NCBI GenBank assembly: GCA_004298325.1
Contig: SCUF01000369.1
Span: 1-59,519, forward strand
Length of the DNA stretch: 59,519 nt
Direction of reading: 5' to 3'
Origin: Betaproteobacteria bacterium
GTDB taxonomy: Bacteria > Pseudomonadota > Gammaproteobacteria > Burkholderiales > SG8-39
The notes under the pieces: generated by a model
Told to the model about the DNA's origin: nothing
The model's database searches: none
The model's input: the letters and a program-made list of their open reading frames with translations, nothing else
Translations under genes and position numbers: made by a program
Shown: piece by piece, positions 54,556 through 59,519 of the stretch
Layout of the letters: every line of letters starts with the position of its first letter
Position numbering within the stretch: the stretch's first letter is position 1

Positions 54556-56159
54556 ACGATCGACTGAAACTGCGGCCGGTGACGAACGAATCCGGCATCG
54601 AGATCCAGCCGCGCTACGGCGCCATGGACGTGGAGGCGAGCGGCGGCTTCGGCTTTATCGGAGAGCCGGGCGAGTACCCCTTCGTGCGCGGCATCCACCC
54701 GCAGATGTACCGCCAGCGGCCGTACACGATGCGCCAGTACACCGGCTTCGGCAATCCGGCCGACACCAACCAGCGCTTCAAGTACCTGATCGCGAACGGG
54801 CAGACGGGCCTCAACGTGGCCTTCGACCTGCCCACGCAGTGCGGACTGGATTCGGACGATCCGCTCGCGCACGGCGAAGTGGGCCGGGTCGGCATGGCGG
54901 TCGACACGTTGCGCGATTTCGAGATCGCGTTCGATGGCATCGACCTCGACAAGATCACGGTGTCGCTCACGGTGAACGGCGCCGCGCCGCAGCTGATCGC
55001 GATGTACCTCGCGATGGCGGAAAAGCGCGGCTACGACGTGGCGAAGCTGCGCGGCACGGCACAGAACGACATCCTCAAGGAATTCATCGGCCGCGGCACC
55101 TGGATCTACCCGGTCGAGCCCTCGGTGCGGCTGGTGGGCGACACGATCGAGTATTGCGCGCGCCACGCGCCCAAGTACAGCCCGGTGTCGGTGTGCGGCT
55201 ATCACATCCGCGAATCCGGCGCCAACCCGGTGCAGGAGATGGCCTACGCCTTCTGCATCGCCAGGGCCTACGCCGACGACGCGCTCGCGCGGGGGCTCGA
55301 TATCGACGCGTTCGCCGGGCGCCTGTCTTTCAATTTCAACGTCTTCGGCAGCATCTTCGAGCAGGTTTGCAAGTTCCGCGCCGCGCGCGGGCTGTGGGCG
55401 AAGATCGTGAAGGAGCAATACGGCGCGAAGCAGCCCGAGTCCGGGTGGCTGCGGATGATCGCGGGCGGCGGCGGCGGCGGGCTCACCTTCGAGCAGCCCG
55501 AGGTCAACATCGTGCGCGGCGCGTACTACGCGCTGATCGCGGCGCTCGGCGGCGCGCAGACCATGGCGCTGTGCTGCTTCGACGAGGCCTATACCATCCC
55601 GACCGAGTACGCGCAGCGCATATCGCTGCGCACGATGCAGCTCCTGATCGAGGAGATGGGGCTCGCCGACACGGTGGATCCGCTCGGCGGCTCGTGGTTC
55701 GTAGAGACGCTCACCAACCAGATGCGGCAGAAGATGGAAGAGACGATGGCCGAGGTCGATGCGCAGGGCGGCATCGTCAAGCTCGTCGCCGAGGGCGCGA
55801 TCCAGGCCAAGGTCTCGGCGCAGGCCTACCGCATGCAGCGCGCGATCGAGTCGGGCGAGTTCCGCAAGGTCGGCGTCAACTGCTACCGCAACGAGCAGGC
55901 CGACGACCTCGAAGTGCAGATGCACCCGTACAAGGAAGAGGACACGCGGCGCCAGATTGCAAGCCTGGAGGGCGCGCGCGGCGCGCGCGACGTGAGGCGC
56001 GTGGGCGAAGCGCTGGCGAAGGTCCGTGGCGCGGCCGAAGGCGGGGCCAACGTCATGCCGGCGGTAGTCGAGGCGGTGAAGGCCTACGCCACGGTCGGCG
56101 AAATCACCCAGCAGCTCGCCGGCGTCTACGGCCGCTATCGCGAACCCGTACGCTTCTAA
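54552..56159 (+). CDS. Methylmalonyl-CoA-mutase-family catalytic (large) subunit
   Basis: Has MRQYTGFG, NQRFKYLIANGQTGLNVAFDLPTQ, GTAQNDILKEF, CGYHIRESGA and VDPLGGSWFVE. It overlaps the small-subunit gene by 4 nt. Confidence 0.9.
   Translation: MNDRLKLRPVTNESGIEIQPRYGAMDVEASGGFGFIGEPGEYPFVRGIHPQMYRQRPYTMRQYTGFGNPADTNQRFKYLIANGQTGLNVAFDLPTQCGLDSDDPLAHGEVGRVGMAVDTLRDFEIAFDGIDLDKITVSLTVNGAAPQLIAMYLAMAEKRGYDVAKLRGTAQNDILKEFIGRGTWIYPVEPSVRLVGDTIEYCARHAPKYSPVSVCGYHIRESGANPVQEMAYAFCIARAYADDALARGLDIDAFAGRLSFNFNVFGSIFEQVCKFRAARGLWAKIVKEQYGAKQPESGWLRMIAGGGGGGLTFEQPEVNIVRGAYYALIAALGGAQTMALCCFDEAYTIPTEYAQRISLRTMQLLIEEMGLADTVDPLGGSWFVETLTNQMRQKMEETMAEVDAQGGIVKLVAEGAIQAKVSAQAYRMQRAIESGEFRKVGVNCYRNEQADDLEVQMHPYKEEDTRRQIASLEGARGARDVRRVGEALAKVRGAAEGGANVMPAVVEAVKAYATVGEITQQLAGVYGRYREPVRF
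55464..55481 (+). repeat. (GGC)5GGG triplet microsatellite encoding Gly6 inside the mutase large subunit
   Basis: It reads directly as ggc ggc ggc ggc ggc ggg, in frame (residues 305-310). Confidence 0.9.
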
Positions 56160-56161
56160 TT

Positions 56162-56240
56162 GGGGTCAGAGTACGGGGTCAGAGTCAAGCGAACGAGAGG
56201 TAACTATATGACAGATCAACAAAAATCTTACTCTGACCCC
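56162..56240. repeat. REPIN (two forward REP units plus one inverted unit, 42-nt spacer)
   Basis: GGGGTCAGAGTA lies at 56162..56173, GGGGTCAGAGTC at 56175..56186 and TACTCTGACCCC at 56229..56240. Confidence 0.9.
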
Positions 56241-57095
56241 ATTTCCTATGCGGCGCCACGCACGCTCGACGAGGCGGCGGCGCTGCTGAGCGCGGGCAAC
56301 GTCACGGTGCTCGCGGGCGGCACGGACCTCATGCCGCAGACGCAGTCGGGCAAAGTGAAATTCAAGCCGCTGCTGATGAACGTCCGGCGGGTGGCCGGAT
56401 TGGGCGGCATCGCCGAAGCCGCAGGAACGATCCGCATCGGCGCGCTCGCCACGATCACGGAATTGCTGCAGAGCGAGCTGGTGCGCGACCGCCTGGGCAT
56501 CCTGTGGCAGGCGTGCGAGCACTTCGCGAGCGACCAGATCCGCAACGCGGCGACGATCGGCGGCAACGTCTGCAATGCGTCGCCCGCGGGGGACACGCTG
56601 GTGCCGCTGCTCGCGCTGAATGCCCGCGTGCTGCTCGTCAGCAAGCCGAACGGGGCGCTCGTGGAGCGCCGCCTGCCGCTCGCGGGATTCTTCGTCGCGC
56701 CGGGCCGCTCGCAGCTCGCCGCGTCCGAATTGCTTGCTGCCGTCGAAGTGCCGCTGCCGCCGCGCGGCTTCGCAGGCGAATTCTTCAAGTTCGGCACGCG
56801 GCCCGGGCTCGACATCTCGGCGATCTCGATGGCGCTCGGCGGCGTGCGCGAGAACCGGACGCTGCGCGACGTGCGCGTCGCCTTCGGTGCCGTCGCGCCG
56901 ACCCCGATCCGCGGCCCGAAAACCGAGGCCGCGCTCGAAGGCCGCACGCTCGATGCTGCGGCGATCGAAACCGCGGTTGCGGCGGCGCTGGCCGACATCC
57001 GCCCGATCAGCGACGTGCGCGCCACCGACTGGTACCGGCGCGAGCTGGTCGGCAACCTACTGCGAAGGATGCTTTCCCATGTCTGCGAACGTTGA
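56208..57095 (+). CDS. Molybdenum hydroxylase FAD-binding (medium, CoxM-like) subunit
   Basis: Has VLAGGTDLMPQ and an FAD_binding_5-type pattern. The ATG at 56208 lies inside the REPIN spacer, 7 nt after GAGAGG. The N-terminal MTDQQKSYSDP is REPIN-encoded. Confidence 0.85.
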   Translation: MTDQQKSYSDPISYAAPRTLDEAAALLSAGNVTVLAGGTDLMPQTQSGKVKFKPLLMNVRRVAGLGGIAEAAGTIRIGALATITELLQSELVRDRLGILWQACEHFASDQIRNAATIGGNVCNASPAGDTLVPLLALNARVLLVSKPNGALVERRLPLAGFFVAPGRSQLAASELLAAVEVPLPPRGFAGEFFKFGTRPGLDISAISMALGGVRENRTLRDVRVAFGAVAPTPIRGPKTEAALEGRTLDAAAIETAVAAALADIRPISDVRATDWYRRELVGNLLRRMLSHVCER

Positions 57096-57570
57096 AATCG
57101 ACTTCACGCTGAACGGCGTCGGGCGGCGCGTCTCGGTGACCCCCGGGATGAGCGCGCTCACCCTGCTGCGCGACGTGCTCGACCTCACCGGCACCAAGTA
57201 CGGCTGCGGCGAGGGCGAATGCGGCGCCTGCACCATCCGCGTCGATGGCGTGACGGTGAATTCCTGCCTCATGTTCGCGGTCGACTGCGATGGCCGCGAG
57301 GTGGTGACGATCGAAGGTTTGGCGTCCGATCCGCGCGCGCAGCGCCTGCAGCAGAAATTCGTGGAGCACGGCGCGGTGCAGTGCGGCTTCTGCACGCCGG
57401 GTCTGGTGATGCAGGCGAATCACCTGCTGGACGTGCATCCCCATCCCGGCGCCGCCGAAGTCCAGCGCGGCATCGAAGGCAATCTCTGCCGCTGCACCGG
57501 CTACAAGAAAATCGTCGAAGCGATCCAGGACTCGGGGTCAGAGTCCGTTAGATCGGAGCTAACTCTATGA
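57079..57570 (+). CDS. Molybdenum hydroxylase [2Fe-2S] (small, CoxS-like) subunit
   Basis: Has CGEGECGACT, CGFCTPG and CRCTGY. The start is the ATG at 57079. The tail SGSESVRSELTL-TGA is REPIN-encoded. Confidence 0.9.
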   Translation: MSANVEIDFTLNGVGRRVSVTPGMSALTLLRDVLDLTGTKYGCGEGECGACTIRVDGVTVNSCLMFAVDCDGREVVTIEGLASDPRAQRLQQKFVEHGAVQCGFCTPGLVMQANHLLDVHPHPGAAEVQRGIEGNLCRCTGYKKIVEAIQDSGSESVRSELTL

Positions 57571-57599
57571 GCGCAATGGAAAAAACTTACTCTGACCCC
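57534..57599. repeat. REPIN (inverted REP doublet, 42-nt spacer)
   Basis: GGGGTCAGAGTC lies at 57534..57545 and TACTCTGACCCC at 57588..57599. Confidence 0.9.
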
Positions 57600-59519
57600 A
57601 AGTTCTCCTCGCTGATCGGCAAGCGCATTCCGAAGATGGATGCGCCGGAAAAGGCGGGCGGGAGGACGCGCTACATCCACGACATCAATCTGCCGGGGCA
57701 GCTCTGGGGGAAGATCCTGCGCTCGACGCAGGTGCACGCGCGCATCCGCTCGATCGACACGAGCGCGGCGAAGGCCCTGCCGGGCGTGCACGCCGTGATC
57801 ACCGCGGCCGACGTGCCCTGGCAGCGGCCGATCGGCGTGGCGAAAGACCACCTGCCGCTCAAGACCGATCGCGTGCGCAGCCCGCGCGACGAGATCGCCG
57901 CGGTGGCCGCCGACTCGCCCGAGATCGCCGCGGCCGCGCTGAAGCTCATCCGCGTCGAGTACGAGCCGCTGCCGGCGCTGATCGATCCGGTCGAGGCGCT
58001 GCAACCCGGTGCGCCGCTGATTCACCCCGAGCCGCACGGCGGCGACGGCGGGCCGGCGCTCAAGCCCGGCGCGCCGATCGCCTTTGCCGGCAAGCCCGAC
58101 AACGTCGCGATGACTTTCGAATACGCGCAGGGCGACGTGGCGCAGGGCGAAGCGTCCTCCGACATGGTGATCGAAGACGTGTTCCACCTGCATTACGTCA
58201 CGCACTGCTGCATGGGCGTCTCGGGCGTGATCGCCGAGTTCGACGCCACCGGCAATCTGCTGCTTTACTCCAACACCCAGGTGCCGTTCCTCCATAAGCG
58301 CGAGTTCGCCGAACTGCTCAACATCGATCCGGGCCGCATCCGCATCATCCAGCCGCCGATCGGCGGCGGCTTCGGCTCCAAGCTCGACATCTATCCCTTC
58401 GAGCCGATCGCGATCTTTCTCGCCAAGGCGACGCACCGGCCGGTGAAGCTCGTCTTCACGCGCGAGGAGGAATTCGCCGCCTCGCCCACGCGCCAGCCGG
58501 TGCTGCTGAAGCTGCGCTCGGGCTGCACCCGGGACGGCACGCTCACCTTCCGTGCCGTGGAGACCCTGCACGACAACGGCGCCTACACTTCCTGGGGCGC
58601 GACGACGCCGTTCGTCATGATGCAGACGATCTCGTCGCTGTACCGCGTGCCGCACTGCAAGTACCTGACGCGCGCCGTCTACACCAACAACCCCTACGCG
58701 GGGTCGTTTCGCGGCTACGGCAACCTGCAGGCGACCTTCGCGGTGGAAGCTCACATGGACAAGCTCGCGGCGGCGATCGGCATGGATCCGCTCGATTTCC
58801 GCCTCAGGAACGCACAGGACCCGGGCGAAGTGACGCCGCAGGGGATGCACTTCAAGTCCTGCGGCTTCAAGCAATGCCTCTCGAGTGCCGCGGCGCGCAG
58901 CGACTACCAGAAGAAACACCGCGCGTACGCCGCGCGCCAGAAAGACGCGGATCCCGTCAAGCGCGGCGTCGGCATGGCCTCGATGCTGCACGTCGGCGGC
59001 GGCGCCAAGATCTATCCGTCGGACGGCTGCGGCACGATCCTCAAGATCGACGATTTCGCGCACCTCACGCTGATCACCGGCGCCTCCGAAATCGGGCAGG
59101 GCTCGGAGACCGTGCTGGCGCAGCTGGTGTGCGAGGAACTGGGCCTGCCGCTTTCGGCGGCGACGGTGGTGAACAACGACACCGACATCACGCCCTGGGA
59201 CGTCGGCGTGCACGCTTCGCGCACCACCTTCATCGCCGGCAATTCGGCGATCGGCGCCGCGCGCAAGGCGAAAGCGAAAATTCTCGGCGCGGCCGCCGCC
59301 AAGCTGGGACAGCCGGCCGAGGCGCTCGAGCTGCGCGGCGGCTTCGTGGTGCAGAAAGCCGACGGCCTGCAGCTGCTGGATCTCGGCAAGTTCCTGCGTT
59401 CGCTGCACTTCTCCGACAAGGCGGAGCTCGTGATGACGACCTTCTATTACGAGCCGCCGAGCAAGCACCAGGACCGGCAGTTCAAGGGCGACGTCTCGGC
59501 CGCCTACGCCTGGGCGACG
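57567..59519 (+). CDS. Molybdenum hydroxylase molybdopterin-binding (large, xanthine-dehydrogenase-family) subunit; 3' end lies outside the window
   Basis: This ORF is not in the supplied track. My hand translation from the ATG at 57567 (ATGA overlap with the upstream stop) gives MSAMEKTYSDPKFSSLIGKRIPKMDAPEKAGGRTRYIHDINLPGQLWGKILRS.. It also gives QPPIGGGFGSKLD, NPYAGSFRGYGN and a final QFKGDVSAAYAWAT. I saw no stop in the stretches I translated. The frame reaches the window end after 651 codons. Confidence 0.85.
   Translation, partial: MSAMEKTYSDPKFSSLIGKRIPKMDAPEKAGGRTRYIHDINLPGQLWGKILRSTQVHARIRSIDTSAAKALPGVHAVITAADVPWQRPIGVAKDHLPLKTDRVRSPRDEIAAVAADSPEIAAAALKLIRVEYEPLPALIDPVEALQPGAPLIHPEPHGGDGGPALKPGAPIAFAGKPDNVAMTFEYAQGDVAQGEASSDMVIEDVFHLHYVTHCCMGVSGVIAEFDATGNLLLYSNTQVPFLHKREFAELLNIDPGRIRIIQPPIGGGFGSKLDIYPFEPIAIFLAKATHRPVKLVFTREEEFAASPTRQPVLLKLRSGCTRDGTLTFRAVETLHDNGAYTSWGATTPFVMMQTISSLYRVPHCKYLTRAVYTNNPYAGSFRGYGNLQATFAVEAHMDKLAAAIGMDPLDFRLRNAQDPGEVTPQGMHFKSCGFKQCLSSAAARSDYQKKHRAYAARQKDADPVKRGVGMASMLHVGGGAKIYPSDGCGTILKIDDFAHLTLITGASEIGQGSETVLAQLVCEELGLPLSAATVVNNDTDITPWDVGVHASRTTFIAGNSAIGAARKAKAKILGAAAAKLGQPAEALELRGGFVVQKADGLQLLDLGKFLRSLHFSDKAELVMTTFYYEPPSKHQDRQFKGDVSAAYAWAT

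Noticed and set aside
57501-59468. 655-aa minus-strand ORF, the only ORF listed by the track over the last 2 kb
   Set aside because: It is antisense to a clearly homologous molybdopterin-subunit frame. Its composition is Arg/Ala/Gly-rich with no motifs, typical of a shadow ORF in GC-rich DNA.

Overview
GC-rich bacterial window, proteobacterial in style. The taxon cannot be identified from sequence alone. All calls rest on reading the ORF translations and the DNA by eye; no database search was run. Start codons were refined by hand using in-frame ATG/GTG/TTG codons, SD-like sequences, 4-nt overlaps and N-terminal motifs.

Left ~41 kb is a large mosaic surface-polysaccharide (O-antigen/EPS-type) locus:
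- It opens with a CapD/WbpM-like dehydratase that is 5'-truncated by the window edge.
- A WbpA/B/D/E-like set for a 2,3-diacetamido-uronic acid follows, with a second oxidoreductase/acetyltransferase pair.
- It holds three GT4 and one GT2 glycosyltransferases, Wzx, a Wzy-like polymerase and a ~610-aa orphan polytopic membrane protein.
- A minus-strand operon encodes a dehydratase, aminotransferase, acetyltransferase, WbqC and AsnB.
- A lower-GC cassette encodes GT2, two radical-SAM/SPASM enzymes and a Zn-ribbon methyltransferase.
- Further genes are a glutaminase::PP-loop N-acetyl-sugar amidotransferase fusion, a GNAT, a third DegT aminotransferase and a TPP-dependent E1 alpha/beta pair.
- Two different priming transferases are present (PglC-like and WecA/WbpL-like), plus OPX and PCP export genes.
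- A VapBC module and a DUF4143 AAA ATPase are wedged into the locus. A decayed DegT pseudogene and a transposase relic mark module junctions.

Right ~18.5 kb contains:
- galE, a class-I DAHP synthase, a TPR-like exported protein and a second VapBC pair.
- A REP-associated tyrosine transposase (RAYT).
- A GntR-controlled catabolic cluster: hydantoinase/oxoprolinase A+B, a thiolase-like protein, a CoA ligase, an acyl-CoA dehydrogenase, a split B12 mutase and a three-subunit molybdenum hydroxylase.

The most striking sequence-level signal is a 12-13-nt REP family (GGGGTCAGAGTAR and its complement). I counted 19 copies, all in the right part of the window. They are arranged as inverted doublets (REPINs) and tandem arrays, and they flank the RAYT gene. 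Several REPINs supply the stop codons, SD-like sequences and start codons of neighbouring genes.

The molybdopterin large-subunit gene (57567 to the window end) is absent from the supplied ORF track. That track shows only an antisense shadow ORF there. No rRNA, tRNA or CRISPR array was seen.
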